Source: Candidatus Zixiibacteriota bacterium | GTDB lineage: Bacteria > Zixibacteria > MSB-5A5 > GN15 > FEB-12 | Assembly (NCBI GenBank): GCA_016926795.1 | Contig: JAFGNW010000102.1 | Location: 1-47,732 of the forward strand | Direction of reading: 5' to 3' | Length of the DNA stretch: 47,732 nt | Part shown: piece by piece, positions 38,059 through 46,413 of the stretch | Layout of the letters: the number at the start of each line of letters is the position of its first letter | How positions within the stretch are numbered: position 1 is the stretch's first letter | Translations under genes and position numbers: made by a program | Notes under the pieces: generated by a model | Told to the model about the DNA's origin: nothing | The model's input: only the letters and a program-made list of their open reading frames with translations | Database searches by the model: none

Positions 38059-38904
38059 GTGAAAAAGTTATTTTGTATATTTACAACGGGACTTTTTTGC
38101 TTTTCGATTTTATCGTCTAACGCAATACTCGCGGAAGAGGGGAGTGATAATATGAGCGATACCGATAATAAAAAATCAGCGATTAAAAACCTCCGCCTTG
38201 ATATCGTCTATGACAATAATATCTGGGAGGAAGGCTTGACTCCCGACTGGGGTTTCGGATGTCTTATCAGGGGGGTCGGTCGGACCGTTCTGTTCGACAC
38301 CGGCGCCAAAGGCGATATTCTCCTGGACAACATGAAAAAAATGAATATCGCTCCGAAAGATATCGAGCTGATTTTCATCTCCCATGACCATTGGGACCAT
38401 ACCGGCGGTCTGGCCGATGTTTTAAAACAGTGTCAACAACCGACGGTATATATGCTAAAGGCGTTTTCGCAAAAAACAAAGGACCAGCCGGGAATAACCG
38501 GAGCTGAACTGAAAGAAATCACGACCCCGACTCAGATTGGCGATAACCTCTTCACCACCGGTGAAATGGGCGCTGATATTAAAGAACAAGCCCTGGTTTT
38601 GAACACGCAGCGGGGTCTGGTTATCGTTAACGGCTGCGCCCATCCGGGCATTGTCGAGATTACCCGCAAGGTTAAAGAGATTTTCAAGGACGACATCTTT
38701 CTGATAATCGGCGGTTTTCACCTGGTTCGAGACAGCGAGGAATCAATCAACGCCATAATCGAGGAACTCAAAAAACTGGGTGTGCAAAACGCCGCACCCT
38801 GCCATTGTTCCGGCGACGACGCCCGGCGGCTTTTTAAAAAGGCTTTTGGTGATAATTACATCGAAATCGGGGTCGGCAAAACAATCGACCTGTCGGAATT
38901 ATAA
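38059..38904 (+). CDS. MBL-fold metallo-hydrolase with a signal peptide
   Basis: 281 aa with a GTG start. Has a hydrophobic N-terminus and the HxHxDH motif ISHDHWDHTGG. Confidence 0.85.
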   Translation: MKKLFCIFTTGLFCFSILSSNAILAEEGSDNMSDTDNKKSAIKNLRLDIVYDNNIWEEGLTPDWGFGCLIRGVGRTVLFDTGAKGDILLDNMKKMNIAPKDIELIFISHDHWDHTGGLADVLKQCQQPTVYMLKAFSQKTKDQPGITGAELKEITTPTQIGDNLFTTGEMGADIKEQALVLNTQRGLVIVNGCAHPGIVEITRKVKEIFKDDIFLIIGGFHLVRDSEESINAIIEELKKLGVQNAAPCHCSGDDARRLFKKAFGDNYIEIGVGKTIDLSEL

Positions 38905-38955
38905 AGCCGCGGTGTGAGGTTGCACGGCGGTAACTTTTTCAAGGCTCCGTTTTTT

Positions 38956-39723
38956 TTACGGGCAGTTATCGAGAGGGGTATGGCTCAAATAAAGATAGTC
39001 GATCAACCGGGTTATATCCGAAATGTCCGGGTCCCCGCCGCTGGTGTTGGCGTCGGCTTCCTCGACACAGCACAGGGGCACATGGCTCAGATACAGGTAG
39101 TCGATAAGCCGGGTGATATCGGATATGTCCGGTTCCTCGATTTCGGAACAGTCGACATTGCCGGTCGTTCCCCGGCAGCATCCCGCCTCGAAAATTATTG
39201 CCAGCGGGCTGTCACCGTAGGTAAAATAAGAGTTCCCTTCGGAGTAAAAGGACGCCGTATGCTCGGAGAGCTCATAGTTGCCTTCCCGGGAACAGGTGAT
39301 TTTCAGCACCAGGTTCAGGGTGTCCTCGGGATAGATGGTGTTGTTGATTCCGGGAGATCCATCGGGGTCGTCGATAAGCCAGTAAAAAGTGCTATAGCCG
39401 TGAATGATCATGCCATAGAGCGCTTCCATGTAAATATAGTCGATGGCGGCGTGGTTAAGCTCGACCGTCTGCGTGACTATCTCAAACGGGAAAGGCAGGT
39501 TTTCGGAGATATATAAACCGGTTAGGGAGAAACTCTCGTTGTTGACCAGTTCTCGGGTGATTATCAGGGTGTCGGATGTTTTAAGCAGCACGGCGCTTAT
39601 CTGGTAGTCCAGAGCGACATTGGTTCCGGAGGGAACGATTATCTCAGCCGAATAGGTTGTGGCGGCTATAAGGCTCAAAAGTAGAATAAAAATAAAATTC
39701 CTGAATTTATTTTCCTTGACCAT
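38956..39723 (-). CDS. Secreted protein with a C-terminal double dockerin-like (EF-hand-type) module
   Basis: 255 aa with signal peptide MVKENKFRNFIFILLLSLIAATTYSA. The C-terminus is CCRGTTGNVDCSEIEEPDISDITRLIDYLYLSHVPLCCVEEADANTSGGDPDISDITRLIDYLYLSHTPL. Confidence 0.75.
   Translation of the reverse strand: MVKENKFRNFIFILLLSLIAATTYSAEIIVPSGTNVALDYQISAVLLKTSDTLIITRELVNNESFSLTGLYISENLPFPFEIVTQTVELNHAAIDYIYMEALYGMIIHGYSTFYWLIDDPDGSPGINNTIYPEDTLNLVLKITCSREGNYELSEHTASFYSEGNSYFTYGDSPLAIIFEAGCCRGTTGNVDCSEIEEPDISDITRLIDYLYLSHVPLCCVEEADANTSGGDPDISDITRLIDYLYLSHTPLDNCP
38980..39132. repeat. Intragenic 102-nt-period direct repeat encoding the two dockerin-like segments
   Basis: 38980-39030 and 39082-39132 are about 80% identical at the DNA level. 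The 16 encoded residues PDISDITRLIDYLYLS are identical, so all differences in that stretch are synonymous. Confidence 0.85.
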
Positions 39724-39971
39724 AATACTTATCCTCGGTATATTTATTTTAGTTTTTTTTGCACAAATTATATTGCACCAATTTTAATTTAATAATTATT
39801 ACGTTCATTTTATAGTTTTGTTTAAAGAGAAATTCTTAATCTGAATCATTTTTATTGTAATATTCCTTGAGGATATCAAACTTATAGTGCAGGTAATCAA
39901 AAAGTAGAAACACGTGTACCTTGTCTTAAATTCAGGGGTATAATAAATTATAAATAGATGAGGGTAAATTT

Positions 39972-41312
39972 ATGAAGCCTGTAAAACGCCGTAAATTCAT
40001 AAAGGACATGGCGAAAATCACAGCGGGTACGCTGGTGGGAGGGTATTTTATCGATTCCACCCTTTTCAACGAGGCGCGGGCGAGCACTACTTTGAAGGCC
40101 AGTGTTTTTGTTTCTAAAAACGGGACCCCGGCGGAAAATGTTGCTAAAGTTATTGAAATGCGCTTTGGTGGCATTGAACATTTTATCGGACCCGATGACG
40201 TGGTGGTGATTAACCCCAACGGCCAGTGGACCAACCAGGGGGGAAGCAACTGCGCCTGCTGCATGGGGTTAATTGACCTGATTCTCTACCGGCCGGGAGG
40301 CTTCAACGGGGAGATTCTCTTTGTCGAAAATACCCAGTTTAACACGGAAGGTTACTGGACCGCTTTTGGAGACGGTTTGCTGAGGAACGGCCCATATAAT
40401 TTCAACGACATGATCGCCTACTACCACAGCCAGGGGCATGACAACGTCAGCGGTTTCCGGCTCTGGAACCGGGAGATGGACTGGGTCAACTGGCCGGTAA
40501 TTACCGGTCCCGAAGAAGGGCAGGGCTGGGTCCGGCCGGCATGGCAGTCACCGGTCTCCGGCGTTTCGTTCTATTTACCCTACCCGGTCATGCGCTCACC
40601 CTATTCCAACCGTCTGATTGACCTGAAAAACGGCGTTTACGATAACGGTTACGAGGACCAGCCGACTTTGAAATATATTAAGATGCCCAACCTCAATAAC
40701 CATGGTACGGCCGCCGAGCAGGATTTCGCCGGCATCACCAGCGCCGTGAAGTCGTTTCTGGGTATTGCTGAGATGGAAGGAGTATGGCAGACGGGATTTG
40801 ACGACGGCCATAAGAATCTGCATACGTTTCATAACGACATCCACGGCAACCTGCCTGCCCAGAAAGCATATGCCTGCGGTGAAGCAGTCGGGGCCTGGAT
40901 GCAGTTCTGCCGTAAACCGGACTTGTTCATCACCACCGCCGAATGGGTCGGCTGGGGCGGTCGTTCGGAAAACTTGGCTTCCCAGAAACGGACGGTAGGG
41001 CTGGCCGATGACCCGGTTTCACTTGATTATTACATGAGCAAATATGTCCTCTGGCCCTGCTATCCGCCCCAGAATTATTTCGACCCCGACTACGATATCG
41101 ATAACAACATGACCCGACAGACGATGAACGGCTGTCACAGTAGGGGCTTCGGAACCGTCACCGGCAACGAAATCGGGGCGTATGTTTACGATTTCACCTC
41201 GCCGCGGACGTTCCGTTTCGATATCGACCGCATGATATTGAAGTTTCGCAACGGCGAAGCCACGCAACAGGAAGTGCTAAACCTGATTGAGAAATACAAC
41301 CAGGGTTTGTAA
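39972..41312 (+). CDS. Tat-signal protein, possibly DUF362-like
   Basis: 446 aa. The twin-arginine signal is MKPVKRRKFIKDMAKITAGTLVGG. DDVVVINPNGQW and the later NNHGTAA..AGITSAVKSFLGI loosely resemble DUF362 blocks. The family assignment is uncertain. Confidence 0.6.
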   Translation: MKPVKRRKFIKDMAKITAGTLVGGYFIDSTLFNEARASTTLKASVFVSKNGTPAENVAKVIEMRFGGIEHFIGPDDVVVINPNGQWTNQGGSNCACCMGLIDLILYRPGGFNGEILFVENTQFNTEGYWTAFGDGLLRNGPYNFNDMIAYYHSQGHDNVSGFRLWNREMDWVNWPVITGPEEGQGWVRPAWQSPVSGVSFYLPYPVMRSPYSNRLIDLKNGVYDNGYEDQPTLKYIKMPNLNNHGTAAEQDFAGITSAVKSFLGIAEMEGVWQTGFDDGHKNLHTFHNDIHGNLPAQKAYACGEAVGAWMQFCRKPDLFITTAEWVGWGGRSENLASQKRTVGLADDPVSLDYYMSKYVLWPCYPPQNYFDPDYDIDNNMTRQTMNGCHSRGFGTVTGNEIGAYVYDFTSPRTFRFDIDRMILKFRNGEATQQEVLNLIEKYNQGL

Positions 41313-41340
41313 CTATTTTTAGCGGGGAATTCAGCAGAAG

Positions 41341-41372
41341 GCAGAACTCCTATAAAAAGGTTCTGCTTTTTT
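41341..41372 (+). terminator. Rho-independent terminator
   Basis: Stem GCAGAAC / GTTCTGC with a 12-nt loop, then T6. Confidence 0.75.
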
Positions 41373-41476
41373 AATGGAATATATCAAGGGAACCTCTTAC
41401 GTCCGCCGGCTGTAAAGTAAAAGTTACATCAGGAAAATTATTTACACCGGCCCGGTTTTTAGGTATTTTCCGATTT

Positions 41477-42115
41477 ATGGAACTCATACTTTTGTTTTTC
41501 AACTCGTTCATGGTCGGGTTCTCCGGGGCGCTGATGCCCGGTCCGCTTCTGGCGGTGGGCGTTTCGCAGACGCCGCTCCACGGCTGGCGCACCGGTCCGG
41601 TTATCTCGGTCGGTCATGCTGTCGCCGAGGTCGCGGTAGTGATTGTACTTTCGTTCGGCGTGGCCGCGATTACCGAAAACGCCCTTATCACCAAAATAAT
41701 CGGGGTTGCGGGCGGCGCGGCGCTGATTCTGATGGGTTTCTCGATGGGATATGATACCCTGAAGAAAAAAGTCTCCTACGAACTCGAGGATAATAAAAAA
41801 GGTTCGTCGCGAAAACTGGCCGGGAAGGGGATTCTCGCCACCCTTTCCAATCCTTACTGGTTTGTCTGGTGGGGCACCACCGGCCTGGCATTTCTGGTCA
41901 AGTCGATGCATTTCGGCGTAATCGGCCCGGTGGTTTTCTATTTCGGTCATATCATGTCGGATTTCGTCTGGTACACGGCGGTCTCGATTCTCATCTGGAA
42001 GGGCAAAAACATTATCATGGGCGCCGGTCTCAGGACTTTGTTGTTGTTATGCGCCGCCTTTTTGCTGTATCTTGGAACCACCTTCATTTATGACGGCTTG
42101 ACGGGTAGTATGTAA
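41477..42115 (+). CDS. LysE family amino-acid/metabolite exporter
   Basis: 212 aa with six hydrophobic helices and the family-typical N-terminus FNSFMVGFSGALMPGPLLAV. Confidence 0.85.
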   Translation: MELILLFFNSFMVGFSGALMPGPLLAVGVSQTPLHGWRTGPVISVGHAVAEVAVVIVLSFGVAAITENALITKIIGVAGGAALILMGFSMGYDTLKKKVSYELEDNKKGSSRKLAGKGILATLSNPYWFVWWGTTGLAFLVKSMHFGVIGPVVFYFGHIMSDFVWYTAVSILIWKGKNIIMGAGLRTLLLLCAAFLLYLGTTFIYDGLTGSM

Positions 42116-42116
42116 A

Positions 42117-45100
42117 GTGGTAAAAATATTTATTATCTCCATCTTTTTATTGACCTGTATCTGTCCCGCCGCGATGGCAAAAGATTACTGGCAGCAGGAG
42201 GTCAACTACCTTATTGAGGTAACCCTTCGCGAAGACCTTCGCACTATCGACGGCTATATCGAAATCGAATATATCAACAATTCTCCCGACACGCTGAGCG
42301 TGCTGTATTTGAAAGCCTTTCCCAACGCCGTGCAAAAGGGCTCCTACGCCGATGAAAAAATGCGCCGGATGAACAGTTACGATTACGCGGAACTGAAACC
42401 GGAAGAGGAGGGCTCGCTGGAGCTGTTCATACCGGAGGAAATGTCTTACGAAAAACTCGGCTATGATGAATTCGAGTTCGACAACACCATCGTGACGGTT
42501 TACCTGAGCCGGCCTCTGGCACCCGATGATACGGTTTATCTGACTTTCGATTTCAGGACGATTCTTCCCCGGCCCGCCCGGGCGCGCATGGGCTTCGAGA
42601 GGGGAGTGACCAAAACCGCCTACTGGTTTCCTCAGGTTTGCGTTTATGATTATAAGCTGGGCTGGGTCAATGGGCAGTATCTTTTCTGGGGGGAATGTTA
42701 CGGTGATTTCGGGCTGTACGATGTTTACATCACGGCCCCCGAGGACCAGGTGGTGGCTGCCACCGGTGAGCTGGTTAACGAGAAAGAGGTCCTGCCGGAC
42801 AGCCTGCGACAGATGCTCGACATAAAAAATTTCCTCAAACCCCGCGACCAACAGCCGCGCTTCGATTTCGAAAACGGCAAAACCAAAACCTGGCATTATA
42901 TCGCCGAGGACGTCAACGATTTTGTCTTTACATCCTCGAACCAATTCTGTATCGACAGCGGTTCGGTCAACGGCGTAAAAGTCGTGGCTTACCCGCTGCG
43001 GCACAAAGCGAAAAGCTGGGTCGATGCCGTGAGGCTCGGCCGGGAAGCCATCCAGACATACTCCGAGCTTTATTATCCCTACCAGTGGCCGGTGATTCGC
43101 ATCTGCGACGCCTACAGCGGCATGGAGTTTCCCATGCTCACCAACTGCGGCGGCGGCGGCCCGAATCATCACTGGAGTATGCTGCTCTATCACGAAATCG
43201 GCCACCAGTGGTTCATGGGCCAGGTCGGGTTCAACCAGGTTGACCGGCCCTTTCTCGACGAAGGCTTCACCACCCATGCCGAGCATGTTATCATGGAAAA
43301 ATATTACGGTCGGGAAGGCAACATGGACGATTTCACCGGCTGGTACGAAAAAAAGTTCGCCCCACCGACCGAGGACCGCAATGTGCGCGGATTCCAGCCG
43401 CTACTGACGCTCATGAAGACAGGGTTCGACAAGCCGATGATATTCTCTTACGACCGGGGCGAGGAATACTGGCCGTATCGCGTCTCGGCCTATTACAAGT
43501 CGGCCGCGCTGCATTATGCCCTGCGTTCGATACTCGGTGACTCGACCTATTTCGATGTCATGTTCCGTTTTTGCGACGAATGGTTTTTCGCCCATCCCTA
43601 TGAGGACGACCTCAGGGAATCTCTGGAACTTTCCACCGGCCTGCAGCTCGATGAGTATCTGCAGCAGTGGTATTACGGCCGGGAAAGACTCGACTATGCT
43701 TATGCCGGCAAAAAGACCCGCGAAGTGGATTATTATTATTTCCACACCATCAAACTGAAACGCCCGGGGGATTTTATTTCCCCGGTCGATATCGCGATTA
43801 TCTACGACCAGGGCGACACCTCGTTTTACACGGTCGCCCCCGAGGGCATGGGCTTTGCCAAATCGGGCTTTGCCCTGCTTCCGACCTGGGACCAGTTCCG
43901 CAGGTTCAGTGACCGATATGAGTTTACCGTCCGCTCCCAGCGCGACATAAAAAAAGTCGTACTGGACCCGCATAACTTGCTGGTCGATATCGAACGCCGC
44001 AACAACCAGTCCGGTTTGTTCTGGCCGACCGAGATAAGGCTGGACAATATGAAATACGACCGTACCCCGGTCGATAAATATAAACTCCGCTGGCGGCCAG
44101 ACTTCTGGTACGACGAACCCAACAGCGTGCAGGCGGGCTTACATGCCCACGGTTCGTATCTCGATATCGAAGACAAATTCAATCTCGATGTCCGACTGGG
44201 AACCGAATCGGGGCGGCCGTTTGTCGACGCCCTGTATTCCACCCCGTTCCGGCCGTTCGGGTACAATTCTATAAACGAAATGCGTTATCTTCGCTCCGAT
44301 TACCGGACGTTTTTCTCGCAAATAAACGAAAAGATTTTCAAACGGTATTATTCCCGCGAGGACCGGGAGTTGTTCCGCATGGAGCTTAGTTACCTCAATG
44401 TCGCGGGCGAGCAGAAGAACCGGTTTGAACCGATTCCGGATAAAATTATCGAGTACCTGCCGAATACGATGTGGGATATCAACCAGACCTGTTACGCGGT
44501 CATGGAAACCGGCCTTTTGCGAACTTTTCGCTACGGCAAATATGTTTTCAACATAAAAAATGTTCTCGGCGGTTACGACGAAGACGACCGCCTGCGCGGG
44601 TTCGACCAGATGGAACTCAGTTGGGATTTGTATCTTAATTTCAAAAAGAGACCGAATCTAAAACTGACTTTCAACCTGCTCAACACCGGCGGCGAGCCGC
44701 CGTCACAATTTCTTCACCATCTCAGTCGCGTCTCCGAGGCGGAGCGGTTTATAAACTCGAAGGTGTTCCGTTCACCGGGGACGTTCCCGGCCGACTGGGA
44801 GGATGACTTCTTTCTCGCCAACGGTCGGGTGCGCGGCTACCAGGATCGAATGGTATACCTGACTTCGTCGTTCGGCGGCTCGGCCGAGTTGACCGTGCCG
44901 GACCTGCTGCCCTATAAATGGTTCAAAGTCATCCCGGTCGTGGGCGGCTTCCTGTCGCGAATCGACCAGAAGTTCTTCGTCGACCTGGCTTCGGTGTCGA
45001 TGGACAACAAGGAAAAATATTACCCGATGCTCGATACCGCAAACGAAACCGCGCTTTATTCCGACGAGCGGATTTTTTACCTGTCGACGGGGGTGTCGGT

Positions 45101-45227
45101 AACATTGCCGCCGGTCTGGTCGCAACACCGGGTGCGGCTCGATTTCCCGCTGTATTTGAACAAACCGGTCACGGACGAGGAGGAGTTCGAATTCCGCTTC
45201 TCGGTCGCCTGGCTGTTGCCGGAGTAA
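42117..45227 (+). CDS. M1-type (gluzincin) metallopeptidase with a long C-terminal extension
   Basis: 1036 aa with a GTG start 1 nt after the LysE stop and signal peptide MVKIFIISIFLLTCICPAAMA. The zinc site is HEIGHQWF-x18-E (..FLDEGFTTH), and SGMEFPML occupies the GxMEN position. About 600 aa after the catalytic domain are unassigned. Confidence 0.8.
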   Translation: MVKIFIISIFLLTCICPAAMAKDYWQQEVNYLIEVTLREDLRTIDGYIEIEYINNSPDTLSVLYLKAFPNAVQKGSYADEKMRRMNSYDYAELKPEEEGSLELFIPEEMSYEKLGYDEFEFDNTIVTVYLSRPLAPDDTVYLTFDFRTILPRPARARMGFERGVTKTAYWFPQVCVYDYKLGWVNGQYLFWGECYGDFGLYDVYITAPEDQVVAATGELVNEKEVLPDSLRQMLDIKNFLKPRDQQPRFDFENGKTKTWHYIAEDVNDFVFTSSNQFCIDSGSVNGVKVVAYPLRHKAKSWVDAVRLGREAIQTYSELYYPYQWPVIRICDAYSGMEFPMLTNCGGGGPNHHWSMLLYHEIGHQWFMGQVGFNQVDRPFLDEGFTTHAEHVIMEKYYGREGNMDDFTGWYEKKFAPPTEDRNVRGFQPLLTLMKTGFDKPMIFSYDRGEEYWPYRVSAYYKSAALHYALRSILGDSTYFDVMFRFCDEWFFAHPYEDDLRESLELSTGLQLDEYLQQWYYGRERLDYAYAGKKTREVDYYYFHTIKLKRPGDFISPVDIAIIYDQGDTSFYTVAPEGMGFAKSGFALLPTWDQFRRFSDRYEFTVRSQRDIKKVVLDPHNLLVDIERRNNQSGLFWPTEIRLDNMKYDRTPVDKYKLRWRPDFWYDEPNSVQAGLHAHGSYLDIEDKFNLDVRLGTESGRPFVDALYSTPFRPFGYNSINEMRYLRSDYRTFFSQINEKIFKRYYSREDRELFRMELSYLNVAGEQKNRFEPIPDKIIEYLPNTMWDINQTCYAVMETGLLRTFRYGKYVFNIKNVLGGYDEDDRLRGFDQMELSWDLYLNFKKRPNLKLTFNLLNTGGEPPSQFLHHLSRVSEAERFINSKVFRSPGTFPADWEDDFFLANGRVRGYQDRMVYLTSSFGGSAELTVPDLLPYKWFKVIPVVGGFLSRIDQKFFVDLASVSMDNKEKYYPMLDTANETALYSDERIFYLSTGVSVTLPPVWSQHRVRLDFPLYLNKPVTDEEEFEFRFSVAWLLPE

Positions 45228-45234
45228 AAATCAT

Positions 45235-45717
45235 ATGACTTTTAAAATTAAAAAGATTACCCGACGCGACAAAACCTGGGTGAATGAGGTCATCAGTCAC
45301 TGGCTGGCCGATTTCATTATCACCCGCGGACGCAAGGTTTACCCGGCCGAATTGCCCGGCTTTTACGCCGAAGACGAAACCGGCAAACGGGTTGGGCTGG
45401 TAACCTATGAAATTATAGGCGACCAGTGCGAAGTTATCACCCTCGACGCTTTCGAGCAGTACAAGGGTATCGGGACGGCACTGATGAAGCGCGTGGACAA
45501 AACCGCCCGGAAGGCGGGCTGTAAACGGCTCTGGTTTATCACGACTAACGACAACCTCGCCGCTATCCGCTTTTATATGCGGCGCGGTTATACCCTGGCG
45601 GCGGTGCACGTCAACGCTTTGGAACATTCGCGCAAACTGAAACCGTCCATTCCCAAAATCGGCCATTTCGGCATTCCCATGCGCGACGAAATCGAGTTCG
45701 AGAAGTTATTTAAGTAA
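45235..45717 (+). CDS. GNAT family N-acetyltransferase
   Basis: 160 aa with motif A QYKGIGTALMKRV, plus NDNLAAIRFYMRRGY. Confidence 0.85.
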   Translation: MTFKIKKITRRDKTWVNEVISHWLADFIITRGRKVYPAELPGFYAEDETGKRVGLVTYEIIGDQCEVITLDAFEQYKGIGTALMKRVDKTARKAGCKRLWFITTNDNLAAIRFYMRRGYTLAAVHVNALEHSRKLKPSIPKIGHFGIPMRDEIEFEKLFK

Positions 45718-45727
45718 TAAAGTATGG

Positions 45728-45759
45728 AAAGTCATCCTTCGACTCCGCTCAGGATGACT
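45728..45759. repeat. Perfect 10-bp hairpin element (GTCATCC-type)
   Basis: AAGTCATCCT, a 12-nt loop (TCGACTCCGCTC), then AGGATGACTT. It lies 10 nt after the GNAT stop and has no T-run. It shares the GTCATCC/GGATGAC core with modules at 3831-3858 and 4005-4032. Confidence 0.7.
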
Positions 45760-45864
45760 TGTTGGATGAAGCTTTTCTTTTAAAGATATAATTTGCTTTT
45801 TTATTTCAATATTTATAGATTTTTATAATTACTTAATCCGGTAAACATTAAATGGGAGGATGCC

Positions 45865-46362
45865 ATGAAAAAGGCTCTTTACGCAGTTATTTTGATTCTG
45901 TGTTTGGCTCCCCTTACGACCGCCCAGGTCGAGGAGGGCGACAAGGAAGTTCAAGTACAGGGAAGTTTGATTGCCTTCGAGGGTATAACCGCGATTATCG
46001 GTACTTTCATGTATGGATATTTTGTTACCCCCAATACGGAAATAGGCGGCGGACCGATGATTATTTATGCCAGTTATGAAGGCGAAGGTGAATCCAATAT
46101 CAGCCTTACTCTTTTCGGGCGCTATAATTTTGTTTCCGGCGAGAAAGTCGTACCCTACCTGAGCGGCCAGATTTATCAGTTTGATATTTCCCCGGAAGAA
46201 CCGATGGATTTTACCGATTTCACGTTTCTGCAGGTAGGCGGCGGGTTTAAATATTTTGTAAGTGATAATCTGGCTTACGATGTTTCCGGAAACCTGGGCT
46301 TCGGGCTGGGCGGCGGCGATGTGAGTTTCATCCTCTATGGCGGCCTCTCGGCGTTCTTTTAA
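45865..46362 (+). CDS. Small outer-membrane beta-barrel protein
   Basis: 165 aa with signal peptide MKKALYAVILILCLAPLTTAQ, alternating beta-strand pattern and an aromatic C-terminus (..LSAFF). Confidence 0.65.
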   Translation: MKKALYAVILILCLAPLTTAQVEEGDKEVQVQGSLIAFEGITAIIGTFMYGYFVTPNTEIGGGPMIIYASYEGEGESNISLTLFGRYNFVSGEKVVPYLSGQIYQFDISPEEPMDFTDFTFLQVGGGFKYFVSDNLAYDVSGNLGFGLGGGDVSFILYGGLSAFF

Positions 46363-46413
46363 ATCTCTTAATGTGTGTTTATAAAATTATGGCATAAGAC
46401 CGGAGGTGACTCA

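Noticed and set aside
38914-39516. 200-aa plus-strand ORF.
   Set aside because: It is antisense to the dockerin-like protein gene. Its internal repeat is simply the reverse reading of that gene's duplicated tail.
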